Positions 18,603 to 27,468 of a DNA stretch of 61,297 nt are shown piece by piece (the first letter of the stretch is position 1; each line of letters starts with the position of its first letter). Both the position numbers and the translations under genes were made by a program. Source of the DNA: Bacillota bacterium (GTDB taxonomy: Bacteria > Bacillota > Clostridia > Saccharofermentanales > Fastidiosipilaceae). The notes beneath the pieces were generated by a model that was not told the origin of the DNA, did no database searches, and saw only the letters and a program-made list of their open reading frames with translations. The stretch lies in contig JAEWGS010000027.1 of the NCBI GenBank assembly GCA_023388205.1, positions 1 through 61,297 on the forward strand, given 5' to 3'.

Positions 18603-19598
18603 TCAAGACGACCGGCCGCTCTTTTCAACAATCCGCACTGCATTTCTCACTGTACTCAAATCCTGACTGCCAAAGTCTTTCCCTAAGGATAGGAAATATT
18701 GATAGTAAGGATAGATCGTCCCAGAACTAATAATAGACGGCTTAGCTTCGCTGGCTCTTTCGCGTCGACTCATTTGGAGCGTTGCTTTGGGCGTCGTTTC
18801 AGTCACAACATAAGTTGCCTGTGCTGCACCTAAAGCTGAAAACACCTCCGATGACGAGACTAAAGTCTGCGACTCAAAATCCAAACCGACTAAACGGGCA
18901 TCCGAAATTTGAGAAACCTTTTGCCACAGTTCATGGGAAATCTGCGCAAAATCATCTGGGTTTTGAATGTTGTAGTTCCATTTCACCAAAAGCACCGTCG
19001 TCGCTGAATTGATATCCGCGACGGTGACCTGATCCAAAGCCCAAGCCTTTTGAATCAAAGTTTCTGGGCATAGGTCTGCCAAGAAGTTATTGAAATAGTC
19101 GTCGCGAACAATCTTCTGAACCTGCGGCAACAAAGCCTGATTCGCGGCTTCAGTCAAATAATTATCTGAATAAAGCATCGTCACGCGACGCGAACGTTGG
19201 TCAATGGACACGCCATCCATGCGCTCTAGGCCTAAGAAACTTTTGACCTGAAACTTCGTCCCATCCGTCTGCGACGTCGCATTCATCGAATATCCCAAAG
19301 GAAACAGCGTCGGCGTCACGCCATGAAGTGTGAATTTTTGTTGAGGGTAGCGCAAAGCCAAATAGTCACTGACATATTTTTGAGCCGTGAAGCGTCCAAG
19401 CAAATACAAGGCAAACACAAGCAACACGAGCAACAAATAGCGCAAAAGACCACTGCGGTCTCTCTTTTGCCAAATCCGCTTCAAGTCAAAACCCTCATGC
19501 CCAGTCTGCGCTGGCTCCGGGGTCAAGATCGGCTGAGACGCTAACAAAGGATCAGCATGTTTCTCTTCGATCGTGTGATGCTCTCGCACGGCCACCAT
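18603..19598 (-). CDS. Hypothetical single-pass membrane protein with ~240-aa extracytoplasmic domain
   Basis: 331 aa with a strong RBS (GGGAGGAGCAAGGAGG upstream of the ATG). One TM helix (LLRYLLLVLLVFALYLLGRF) follows a ~50-aa N-terminal segment. No recognisable domain. Confidence 0.65.
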   Translation of the reverse strand: MVAVREHHTIEEKHADPLLASQPILTPEPAQTGHEGFDLKRIWQKRDRSGLLRYLLLVLLVFALYLLGRFTAQKYVSDYLALRYPQQKFTLHGVTPTLFPLGYSMNATSQTDGTKFQVKSFLGLERMDGVSIDQRSRRVTMLYSDNYLTEAANQALLPQVQKIVRDDYFNNFLADLCPETLIQKAWALDQVTVADINSATTVLLVKWNYNIQNPDDFAQISHELWQKVSQISDARLVGLDFESQTLVSSSEVFSALGAAQATYVVTETTPKATLQMSRRERASEAKPSIISSGTIYPYYQYFLSLGKDFGSQDLSTVRNAVRIVEKSGRSS

Positions 19599-19660
19599 CC
19601 TCCTTGCTCCTCCCTATCAAGAAGCCTTGCCCTTCAAACTGCGCGCTCCTTTTAAGAATA

Positions 19661-19690
19661 CAAAAGCCACCTCAAGATGACCTCGAGGGG
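19661..19690 (-). terminator. Probable terminator downstream of tRNA-Leu
   Basis: The minus strand reads GCCCCTCGAG-GTCAT-CTTGAGGTGGC followed by TTTTGT. The stem is imperfect (one G-U pair, one bulge). Confidence 0.5.
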
Positions 19691-19693
19691 CTC

Positions 19694-19775
19694 TGCGGTC
19701 GACAGGACTTGAACCTGCACGACTTGCGTCACTGGAACCTAAATCCAGCGCGTCTGCCAATTTCGCCACGACCGC
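19694..19775 (-). tRNA. tRNA-Leu (anticodon UAG)
   Basis: The reverse complement is GCGGTCGTGGCGAAATTGGCAGACGCGCTGGATTTAGGTTCCAGTGACGCAAGTCGTGCAGGTTCAAGTCCTGTCGACCGCA. It has a 7-bp acceptor stem GCGGTCG/CGACCGC, an anticodon stem CTGGA/TCCAG with loop TTTAGGT (anticodon TAG), a long variable arm and a TTCAAGT T-loop. CCA is not encoded. Confidence 0.9.
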
Positions 19776-19793
19776 ATCGCATCGCAAGCGCTC

Positions 19794-19799
19794 ATTATA
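19794..19799 (-). promoter_or_regulatory. Candidate -10 box (TATAAT) for the tRNA-Leu gene
   Basis: The minus strand reads CAGTATAATGAGCG about 19 nt upstream of the mature tRNA 5' end. No good -35 hexamer was identified. Confidence 0.35.
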
Positions 19800-19943
19800 C
19801 TGAATTTGTGCCACCTCTGCTCAGTGAAGCGGTGGCACAGGAAATATTTCACGACACCATTTTCAAAGGATCAAAGACAAAATGCAAGTCACAGCTTCCT
19901 TCGAAGCCTTTTTGTTGACCTCATGTTCATCGCTTGTTTCGCC

Positions 19944-21257
19944 TTATTTTTTCTTACAACCACAAAGTCCACCTTCGCAATGACCCGCCTTCACCCCTGC
20001 TCGAGGAGCCACCCAGTCGAGCGCAGACACACGCAAACCTTGGTGGATCGCCTCACGGATTTCTTCAGGTGTCACACTTTCGTCACGGCGGAAGATACGT
20101 TGCGCCAGGCTGTCCTTGGATCCCAAATTTTCTTGTTCACAACTGCGAATCGGGCTTCTTGTGCCATCCCAATCCTGCTTGCGTGATGCTTTGAGACAAT
20201 CTTTCACGATCGTTTGAATAATTTCTTGAGCCATCGCTGGCGCAGCAGACAGACCCGGAGAACAGATCGCAGCGACATCATAAAAGCCCTCATCTGCAAA
20301 ACCCAAAACAAAATCGTCGCTTCCATCTAAGCCCAAACGATAACCCGTAAACTGACGCACGGGGTAATCTTCGGGCAATTCAGGCATCAAAACTTTCACC
20401 TTTTCACGGATGGTCTCGAGCGGCATCCTCTTGCCCGGACGGCGCTTGACGATCTCAGAATTAGCCCCAATCAGCATGCGTCCACCCACCGTCGGCGCAA
20501 TTAAAACACCGCGCCCACTCAGATTGGCACACTCGAAAAGAATCCGATCTGGCGCTTGAACCTGTTTATCCTCGATTAAGTAGTAATTAGATTTATTCAA
20601 TTCAATCGGGACTTCTTCATTCGTGACGAGCTCATGCATCACACCAGATTCAGGCCCCGCCGCATTGATCACATATCGACTCTCGATCGTCTCGTGATTC
20701 GTTCGAATGCGGTAGCCCCCATCAATTTTCTCAATGTTAAGCACCTCGTGATCGAGACAAAAGTCCACCCCTTCACGCAAGGCGACCTGAGAAAAAGCGA
20801 GGACATAATCCCAAGGATTGACCACCCCCGAGTGCGGCGCAAAAAGAGCTTTTCTAATTCTGCGACCCAATTTAGGAAGTTTATGGGCACAGCAACTTTC
20901 ATCCCAAAACTCTAAGCCCTCGACACCGTTAAGTTGTCCCTGTTCAAAGAATTTTTGCAAAATAGCATCATCAGCTTCATCCAAGGAAAGGAGCAATGAG
21001 CCACATTCTTTATAATCAAAACCCAAGCGGCGACTCAGCTCAGGCATTTGCTTCGCACTCAACACATTATAACGAGCCATCGCAGAACCAGCGGGTGCCG
21101 CATATCCCGCATGAATGATCGCATTATTCGCCCGGCTCGCCCCTAAGGCGACGTCCAGTTCTTTTTCGAGGACAACTGTGTCCAAATGGTAAGCTGAAGC
21201 TTCATACGCGAGCGCACTACCCACGATACCTGCGCCAATAATACAAAGATCTCTCAT
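19944..21257 (-). CDS. FAD-dependent oxidoreductase, glycerol-3-phosphate dehydrogenase (GlpA)-like, with C-terminal BFD-like segment
   Basis: N-terminal dinucleotide fold MRDLCIIGAGIVGSALAYE and a DAO-family body. The C-terminal ~50 aa resemble a BFD-like [2Fe-2S] domain (VTPEEIREAIHQG...AGVKAGHCEGGLCGC). Confidence 0.78.
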   Translation of the reverse strand: MRDLCIIGAGIVGSALAYEASAYHLDTVVLEKELDVALGASRANNAIIHAGYAAPAGSAMARYNVLSAKQMPELSRRLGFDYKECGSLLLSLDEADDAILQKFFEQGQLNGVEGLEFWDESCCAHKLPKLGRRIRKALFAPHSGVVNPWDYVLAFSQVALREGVDFCLDHEVLNIEKIDGGYRIRTNHETIESRYVINAAGPESGVMHELVTNEEVPIELNKSNYYLIEDKQVQAPDRILFECANLSGRGVLIAPTVGGRMLIGANSEIVKRRPGKRMPLETIREKVKVLMPELPEDYPVRQFTGYRLGLDGSDDFVLGFADEGFYDVAAICSPGLSAAPAMAQEIIQTIVKDCLKASRKQDWDGTRSPIRSCEQENLGSKDSLAQRIFRRDESVTPEEIREAIHQGLRVSALDWVAPRAGVKAGHCEGGLCGCKKK

Positions 21258-21369
21258 GTCGCATCCTTTTCATCAAGTGATGTTATAGTAAATTTTACGC
21301 TCTTCGCTCTAAGCGTCGGCGAACGTTTGTCACTCTTCTTGTAATTTTTTCCTGCACAAGAGTAAAAAA

Positions 21370-22119
21370 ATGGCCAATCGTCCAAGAAAGAAGTCCTTTA
21401 TGAAACGTCAAAACAAGTCCACGCACGCTCTTTCACAGGCAAACAGCAAGCTCACAGCTGCCGATTTGCCGAACAAAAGCCCCCTGCCCCAGCTTCAAGC
21501 TGGCTGTCACCTCGCACCGACGCCGGCGATTTTACTCAGTTGCTCCTGGATTTCCCCAGATCGCGGGGAACTTGAGCACAACCTCATCACCCTCGCCTGG
21601 GCGGGTATTGTCAATTCTGATCCCCCGATGCTCTCCGTCTCAATTCGAAAATCACGTTACTCACACCAAATGGTCTCACAAACAAGAGATTTTTGTGTCA
21701 ACCTCATCGACCGGCCGCTCGTCCGAGCCTTAGATTACGCTGGCGTGGTATCCCGCCGAGATCAGGATAAATTCAAAGTGCTCGGCTTAGAGGGCTGCCC
21801 GCTCGATGGCCTGCGTTCAGATCTTTGGGGCGTTAAAACGGCACCGCTCATTTTGGGCTGCCAAGTCAAACAGATTTTAGAGCTTGGCTCACACGACCTT
21901 TTCTTAGCGGAAATTGTATCCTGCAAGGTTCGTGACGATCTCTGGGATGCCAGTGGGAAGCTGCATCTTGAGACGGCTGATCTCGTCGCCTACGCGCACG
22001 GACAATATATGGCACTTGGGGAGTGGCTCGGGTTCTTCGGTTTTTCTTTGGCTAAAGATGAGGTCTTCAAAAGACGCGCGGCGGCCTACGAAGATTACAA
22101 CCGACGCTTCAAACCCTAA
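21370..22119 (+). CDS. Flavin reductase-like (FMN-binding split-barrel) protein
   Basis: The core matches the flavin reductase domain (ITLAWAGIVNSDPPMLSVSIRKSRYSHQMV, DFCVNL, HDLFLAEIV). The basic N-terminal ~45 aa may precede the true start. Confidence 0.72.
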   Translation: MANRPRKKSFMKRQNKSTHALSQANSKLTAADLPNKSPLPQLQAGCHLAPTPAILLSCSWISPDRGELEHNLITLAWAGIVNSDPPMLSVSIRKSRYSHQMVSQTRDFCVNLIDRPLVRALDYAGVVSRRDQDKFKVLGLEGCPLDGLRSDLWGVKTAPLILGCQVKQILELGSHDLFLAEIVSCKVRDDLWDASGKLHLETADLVAYAHGQYMALGEWLGFFGFSLAKDEVFKRRAAAYEDYNRRFKP

Positions 22120-22139
22120 GCGCCTTCGGCGGTCTATTC

Positions 22140-22232
22140 GTTGCGGCGATCAATTTCGGTCAGGCCGCCTGTTGCGGCGATCGCTCCGGTCAGGCCACCC
22201 TTTGCGGCGATCCGCTTTGCGATCTGATCTTC
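22140..22232. repeat. 31-bp tandem repeat (about 2.5-3 copies) in the convergent intergenic region
   Basis: Copies are GTTGCGGCGATCAATTTCGGTCAGGCCGCCT (22140-22170), GTTGCGGCGATCGCTCCGGTCAGGCCACCCT (22171-22201) and a partial third copy TTGCGGCGATCCGC. Confidence 0.85.
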
Positions 22233-22303
22233 CTCAAAAGTCACTCAAACATATCAAACTCACTCTTGAATGAGGCTCTTGAAAAAGGCTCTTGAAAGCG
22301 GCC

Positions 22304-23878
22304 TCACAGGCTCGCTTCAAGTTGCTGCCAAAACAGCCAATCACAGTAAAATCCAGGGATCCAAAGCAAGTGCTCCCCCACAAAAAAGCCCAGGACATTT
22401 TTGCGAAGCGGCTTCGGGATCCCCTTTTTTTTCATAAAGCTTTGCGCGCTAACCCAGCTTTGATCTGAGCGAGCGAGCATATCTTTTTCTTGAATCAAAC
22501 GCAGCGTGTAGCGAGCTGCCGGCAAAGTACGCCAAGATGCCCGCCGCTTTTCTGCTTGATCCTGATCTTCAGAGCCGCCCCAATATAGGTTCATGTCTCT
22601 CAGCTCAGTTTCAAGTGCGCGCCAGTTCTTTTCGCGATGTATTTTTTCTGTGAAATCAAGCGTCAAAGGCTTAAATTCAGTTGGCGCATCGTAGGTCAGT
22701 TCAAAATACCGCCCGTCACTGAAGTAGCTCAAGCCTCGCAGCAAAGTGCAAGCGTGAGGGACTCTTTTTTTCATCGCCCCTTCAATTTCTTTTAATCGAA
22801 GTTCCGCAGGTAATTTCGCACACTTCGCTTTAGCGATCTGTTTGAGCGCTCGAATAAAAAGCGCGCTTTGCTTTTGAGGTAAATCTCCACGAAAAACCAA
22901 GCCCCCTTGAGCATAAAGCTTCGGCCAAGCTTTTCTTGCTCGCAAATCACAGGCTTTCAAAAGTTGCGCCGCCTGCTCGTCCAAAGCTTCCCTTTCACCG
23001 AGCAAGTGCCGCTGAGCGCGTGCGATTTGCCGCTTAATTTCTTTTGGATCACTGTCGCACACTTCGCCCCAAGCCTCAAAGAGCTTTCGCCTCAAACGAT
23101 TTCTGATCGTCAGATCTTTAGCATTGCTTTCATCCTCAAAAAAGGGAATCGCCCAGGTCAAAACTTCGTCATCGATGTCTTCACGCGTCAAGGAAAGTAA
23201 AGGTCGCCACAAGCAACCTTCACGCTCGGGCATCGCCGCTAAGCCATCTAGCCCTGTACCACGCAGCAAATTCATCAAAAAGCGCTCCACTTGATCGTCC
23301 TGATGATGGCCGAGCAAAATCAAACCGCGTCTAAATCTTAAGCGACTCGCCAAAAAATCATGCCCAGACTCTGACGCATCAGACGTCCACGAAAAATTTG
23401 CCTCTCGGGCTGGACTTTTGCCTGCGTCAATTGCTTCTAACACCTCTTGCAAAGCTGCGTAGCGCTGTAGTCGGGCTTTTCTTTCGGTCGAAGCAAGCCT
23501 CGCATCCAAATAACGGCAATAAATTGGGAGCTCAAATTGCTTGGCCAAATCAAGCAGGGCCCTCGTCTCTTCTTTAGACGCCGCTCGCCAACCATGCTCT
23601 GCAACGAAAAGCCGCAAATCAAAGGGCTGATGAGATTTCAAAATAAGCAGGTAAAAAAGGAGCAGCGCCGAATCGCGACCTCCAGACAAAGACAAAACGA
23701 GGGGCCTTTGAAGTGAAAAATGAGCTAACTCAAGGTCAAGACAGCGCTTGGCCCGCAGAGGAAGCTCCGCTTGTCCTTCAAAAAAAGGAGCGACCGCTCT
23801 AGCCCAGGCGTTTAGATAAAGATCCACATCCGAGGGCGCATAAGACAGCGGCTGATTGGGGTGCTTTGGGTGTTCCAT
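22304..23878 (-). CDS. tilS: tRNA(Ile)-lysidine synthetase
   Basis: 524 aa with PP-loop SLSGGRDSALLL, LLGHHQDDQVERFLMNLLRGTG and a C-terminal TilS substrate-binding-like region. Starts 18 bp after the dnaB stop. Confidence 0.88.
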   Translation of the reverse strand: MEHPKHPNQPLSYAPSDVDLYLNAWARAVAPFFEGQAELPLRAKRCLDLELAHFSLQRPLVLSLSGGRDSALLLFYLLILKSHQPFDLRLFVAEHGWRAASKEETRALLDLAKQFELPIYCRYLDARLASTERKARLQRYAALQEVLEAIDAGKSPAREANFSWTSDASESGHDFLASRLRFRRGLILLGHHQDDQVERFLMNLLRGTGLDGLAAMPEREGCLWRPLLSLTREDIDDEVLTWAIPFFEDESNAKDLTIRNRLRRKLFEAWGEVCDSDPKEIKRQIARAQRHLLGEREALDEQAAQLLKACDLRARKAWPKLYAQGGLVFRGDLPQKQSALFIRALKQIAKAKCAKLPAELRLKEIEGAMKKRVPHACTLLRGLSYFSDGRYFELTYDAPTEFKPLTLDFTEKIHREKNWRALETELRDMNLYWGGSEDQDQAEKRRASWRTLPAARYTLRLIQEKDMLARSDQSWVSAQSFMKKKGIPKPLRKNVLGFFVGEHLLWIPGFYCDWLFWQQLEASL

Positions 23879-23896
23879 GTGAGACTCAGGGGCTGA

Positions 23897-25624
23897 TCAC
23901 TGCAAAAAATCGGGTTCAAACGGCAAGTCATCCTCCGGTGGCGCCTCGCCGAACACGGCCTCATCAAAAGGCATTCCATCAAGCGGTGACTCGGCAAACG
24001 CCCCGTCATCAAGCGGTGGCTCAGCAAACGCCGCATCATCAAGCGGCGGCTCAGCAAACGCCGCATCATCAAGCGGCGGCTCATGAAAGAGTGCCGTGTC
24101 AGATGATGCATCACCAAAGGCCGCCGACACATCTTCTTGGCTCGGCGGCGGCAAGTTCGGATCTTCATACGCCCGACTCATATCAAAAGGATCTTCGACA
24201 GGCGGAGGAAGGTAATTCGAATATTCAGGTGGCGCATCCGCATCCGACGGACGTCGATCTTGTGGATCGACAAATTTGGTATAACGACTCAACCAAGACA
24301 AATTGACCGTGCGCGTTTGCCCCGAGCGGTTTTTGGCGATGATCACCTCGGCATCTTCTTCGGGACCTTCTTCGCGATCTTGTTGGTAATAACTATCTCG
24401 ATATATGAACATGACGGTATCTGCGTCTTGTTCAATTGAACCCGATTCACGCAAATCCGAGAGCACAGGTTTCTTATTTTGACGCGCCTCCACCGCACGC
24501 GACAATTGGGACAAAGCAATCACAGGTATATCGAGTTCTTTCGCAACCAATTTGAGCGAACGCGAAATCTCAGAAATTTCCTGCTGTCTCGAATCATGCC
24601 GACCATCGCAATGCATCAGCTGCAGATAATCCACCACGATCAGCGAAAGCTCTTTGCCCTCGATGCGCATCTGACGACATTTGCTCAGAATTTGAAGTGG
24701 CGACGTATCCGCTCGATCGTCGATATAAAAGCCAATGCTATAAAGATCATTCATGACTTTGGACAAAGCCTCGTGGTCTCTCTTCTCTAGATCACCTCGC
24801 GTCAATCGATCCGCTTCGATTCTTCCCTGCGCGCTCATCACGCGGTAGGCAATTTCTTTTCGGCTCATCTCCAAAGAAAAAAGCGCCACATTCTTTTTCG
24901 TTTGTGCGACACGGTGAGCAATATTAATCGCCAAAGCCGATTTACCCATGGCCGGGCGCGCAGCCAAAATATTTAAGCTGCCCTTCTTGAGCCCCCCGAT
25001 CGCCTGATCTAAGCTTGGGTATCCTGTCATCAAACCCCGGAACAGTTGCTTGTTTTCCGACATCTGCATGACTTCATTAATCACGTCGTCAATCACGTGA
25101 CTCAGCACAACGAGCTCACCGCTACCTCTATTTTCCCGCAGGTCAAAAAGGCTTTGCGCCGCTGAATCCAAAACAAGATTGACATTTTCTTCTACGTAGC
25201 ACGAATCCAAACAGGATCTCAATTTGAGAATCAGGGCACGCATCAAAGACTTCTGATGCACGATCTCCGCGTAGCTTCTGACGTTGCCCAAAGAAGGGGC
25301 CGCATCGGTCAGCTCATTGAGATAAGCGATGCCGCCAACGCTGTCAAGCTGCCCTTTGAGGCTCAGGCGGTTCATCACTGTGACGACGTCTACAGGCTGA
25401 CGCTCTGACATCAGTTCCGTAATCGCCTCATAAATTAACTTGTGTGCAGGCTCATAAAAGTCATCCACGCGCACGACGGTCACGACCTGAGCCAAAAGTT
25501 TTTCACCGCTCATGGCACAGCCGAGCACAGAACGCTCCGCATGACTCGCGTGCGGCGGTACATGCTGAGGCGCCAGAGCACGCGCATCACCTTGTCGACC
25601 TGATCTAAACTGATCCCTTTGCAT
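23897..25624 (-). CDS. dnaB: Replicative DNA helicase DnaB with ~120-aa acidic repeat tail
   Basis: N-terminal PPHASHAERSVLG, Walker A ARPAMGKSALAINIA, Walker B LIVVDYLQLM, then IIAKNRSGQTRTV. An extra tail with tandem (A/H)EPPLDDAAF units follows. Confidence 0.95.
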   Translation of the reverse strand: MQRDQFRSGRQGDARALAPQHVPPHASHAERSVLGCAMSGEKLLAQVVTVVRVDDFYEPAHKLIYEAITELMSERQPVDVVTVMNRLSLKGQLDSVGGIAYLNELTDAAPSLGNVRSYAEIVHQKSLMRALILKLRSCLDSCYVEENVNLVLDSAAQSLFDLRENRGSGELVVLSHVIDDVINEVMQMSENKQLFRGLMTGYPSLDQAIGGLKKGSLNILAARPAMGKSALAINIAHRVAQTKKNVALFSLEMSRKEIAYRVMSAQGRIEADRLTRGDLEKRDHEALSKVMNDLYSIGFYIDDRADTSPLQILSKCRQMRIEGKELSLIVVDYLQLMHCDGRHDSRQQEISEISRSLKLVAKELDIPVIALSQLSRAVEARQNKKPVLSDLRESGSIEQDADTVMFIYRDSYYQQDREEGPEEDAEVIIAKNRSGQTRTVNLSWLSRYTKFVDPQDRRPSDADAPPEYSNYLPPPVEDPFDMSRAYEDPNLPPPSQEDVSAAFGDASSDTALFHEPPLDDAAFAEPPLDDAAFAEPPLDDGAFAESPLDGMPFDEAVFGEAPPEDDLPFEPDFLQ

Positions 25625-26073
25625 TATTGTTCTTTCTTCACCAATTCCACTTCAAAACGAGTCGTCACATCTGAATACAGCTTCGCCTCACAATCTGTCT
25701 TACCGAGGAATTTCAGCTGGCCCAAAATCGTAATCTGACGCTTATCAATGGCATATCCGGCTTTTTCAAGCGCGCTCGCAACATCCATGGTCGTCAGCGA
25801 ACCATAAAGTCGCCCACCTTCACCTGATTTCATGGCCACACGAAACACTTTGCCATTCAGTTGAGCGGCCAGAGCCTTCGCTTCTTCGCGGTTGCGATCA
25901 TCTCTCGCTTTTTCTGTCGCTTTCTTTTGGCGAATGTCGTGCAAATTTTTCTGAGTGGCCTCGAGTGCGAGGTTTTGTCTAAATAAAAAGTTGCGCGCGT
26001 ACCCATCGTTGACATCAACAATGTCATCCGCTTTACCGAGCTTCTTCACATCTTGAAGCAAAATCACCTTCAT
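25624..26073 (-). CDS. rplI: 50S ribosomal protein L9
   Basis: 149 aa starting at ATG 26073 ([30 protein letters not shown]), preceded by GGAGGAAG. The ORF-track extension to 26322 is an in-frame read-through of the intergenic region. The stop overlaps the dnaB ATG (TAATG). Confidence 0.95.
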   Translation of the reverse strand: MKVILLQDVKKLGKADDIVDVNDGYARNFLFRQNLALEATQKNLHDIRQKKATEKARDDRNREEAKALAAQLNGKVFRVAMKSGEGGRLYGSLTTMDVASALEKAGYAIDKRQITILGQLKFLGKTDCEAKLYSDVTTRFEVELVKKEQ

Positions 26074-26162
26074 CCTCTGGCTTCCTCCATTTTCTATGTC
26101 CTTAAATAGTGTACCAAAGGCGTCGCAGGTCAAAAAGAAAAAGAAGCTACGCAATTTACGAC

Positions 26163-26194
26163 AAAAAATAAACGCGCCCTCGAAAGGACGCGCA
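26163..26194 (-). terminator. Probable terminator between rpsR and rplI
   Basis: The minus strand reads CGCGTCC-TTTCGA-GGGCGCG (one G-U pair), followed by TTTATTTTTT. Confidence 0.55.
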
Positions 26195-26291
26195 TGTGAC
26201 AATGTTTGTTGTTCGTTTGTCTTTTTTCCTATATCCCTCAAATTTCTAATCGCAGATGAAATCTGAGGATCTTGGCTCATATTGAATTCAA

Positions 26292-26537
26292 TTAGTTCTC
26301 CGTGTAGGGCAACAAAGCACACTGGCGAGCTTTCTTGATCGCGCTGGTCAACATGCGTTGATATTTAGCGCTGGTTCCCGTCATACGGCGGGGCAAGATC
26401 TTGCCATTCTCGGAGATGTATTTACGCAGGGTCGCCACATCCTTGTAGTCAATCCACTCAACCTTATCAACAGTGAACTGACACACCTTACGGCGCGAGC
26501 GACGCTTGCTGCGGTCAAAACTTCTGCCTTCTGCCAT
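26292..26537 (-). CDS. rpsR: 30S ribosomal protein S18
   Basis: 81 aa starting at ATG 26537 after AAGGAG. Shows [21 protein letters not shown] and [25 protein letters not shown]. Confidence 0.95.
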   Translation of the reverse strand: MAEGRSFDRSKRRSRRKVCQFTVDKVEWIDYKDVATLRKYISENGKILPRRMTGTSAKYQRMLTSAIKKARQCALLPYTEN

Positions 26538-26586
26538 TTTCGGCTCCTTCCTTAAACTCAAGCCCGAACGAACTCAGGCTCATCCC

Positions 26587-27123
26587 TCAAAGTTCAAAGG
26601 GTAAATTATCTTCATCCCCAGGCGGCGGGAAAAAGTCATCTTCATCCTCTTCAGTAAAGAAGTGGCCCTCATCAGCCTGAAAAGACGGTGATGGTGCAGC
26701 TTTTCCCCAAGCGTTCTCCGCGGGCGCTTTTGCTGCGGTTTCAGCATAGGTATCCGTCTTTCGTCCGTAGCTGTCCCCCGACTGATTCTGATAAGAATCC
26801 GAGCTGCGTTTGCTCTCAGCAAATTCGAGCTCATCGGCAATGACCTCTGTCGAATAACGACGGTTTCCCTCGCGATCTTCCCAGCTGCGCACCTGAATTT
26901 GGCCTATGACAACGACCTTCAGGCCCTGCTTGAAGTACTTTGCAGCAAAATCCGCTTGCTGACGCCAAGCGACGATGGGAATAAAATCCGCCTGCCGGTC
27001 GCCATTTGCGTTACGGAAACGGCGATCAACCGCTAAGGTGAAGCTACAAACGCTAATACCCGTCGCCGTCTGTCTCAGTTCCGGATCTCGAGTTAAGCGT
27101 CCCATCAAAATTGCCTTATTCAT
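26587..27123 (-). CDS. ssb: Single-stranded DNA-binding protein
   Basis: OB-fold N-terminus MNKAILMGRLTRDPELRQT, a low-complexity linker and an acidic tip GDEDNLPFEL. Confidence 0.95.
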   Translation of the reverse strand: MNKAILMGRLTRDPELRQTATGISVCSFTLAVDRRFRNANGDRQADFIPIVAWRQQADFAAKYFKQGLKVVVIGQIQVRSWEDREGNRRYSTEVIADELEFAESKRSSDSYQNQSGDSYGRKTDTYAETAAKAPAENAWGKAAPSPSFQADEGHFFTEEDEDDFFPPPGDEDNLPFEL

Positions 27124-27174
27124 AGGTCCTACGTCCTTTCATCCCGCACTTAGGGATATGAAGCAAAATGATCC

Positions 27175-27468
27175 TTATTTCTCAAGGTGTTCCATGTGTG
27201 TCACCATGACACGCAGCACGGAATCATTGATATGCAAGACGCGTTCCAGTTCCTTGGGGAAATCTGGCTGGGCGCTGAAATTCACGATGACATAGTAACC
27301 TTCACGCAGGTCTTGAATCTCATAGGCCAAGCTGCGCTTACCCCATTCATCAACCGTGACATCTTCTGCAGCACTCTGAATCAGCTCCAAAATCTTCGCA
27401 TTCTGCTCTTTCAACGCTTCATCATCGAGCGTGGGCTTCAGAATGTAGAGCAACTCGTACTTTCTCAT
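27175..27468 (-). CDS. rpsF: 30S ribosomal protein S6
   Basis: Starts MRKYELLYILKPTLD. The ATG at 27468 has better spacing from GGAGG than the ORF-track ATG at 27474. Confidence 0.94.
   Translation of the reverse strand: MRKYELLYILKPTLDDEALKEQNAKILELIQSAAEDVTVDEWGKRSLAYEIQDLREGYYVIVNFSAQPDFPKELERVLHINDSVLRVMVTHMEHLEK

Noticed and set aside
23812-24306. Alternative-frame ORFs over the dnaB tail repeats: 118 aa on the minus strand (RRLMMRRLLS repeats) and 146 aa on the plus strand (HQAAAQQTPH repeats).
   Set aside because: These are artefacts of the 30-bp tandem repeat staying open in several frames. The DnaB frame is continuous with the conserved helicase core.
26074-26322. N-terminal 83-aa extension of the L9 ORF in the track (232 aa).
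   Set aside because: L9 begins at [11 protein letters not shown] (ATG 26073) with its own GGAGG. The extension crosses a terminator-like hairpin and the rpsR 3' end, and it translates to non-protein-like sequence ([10 protein letters not shown]).
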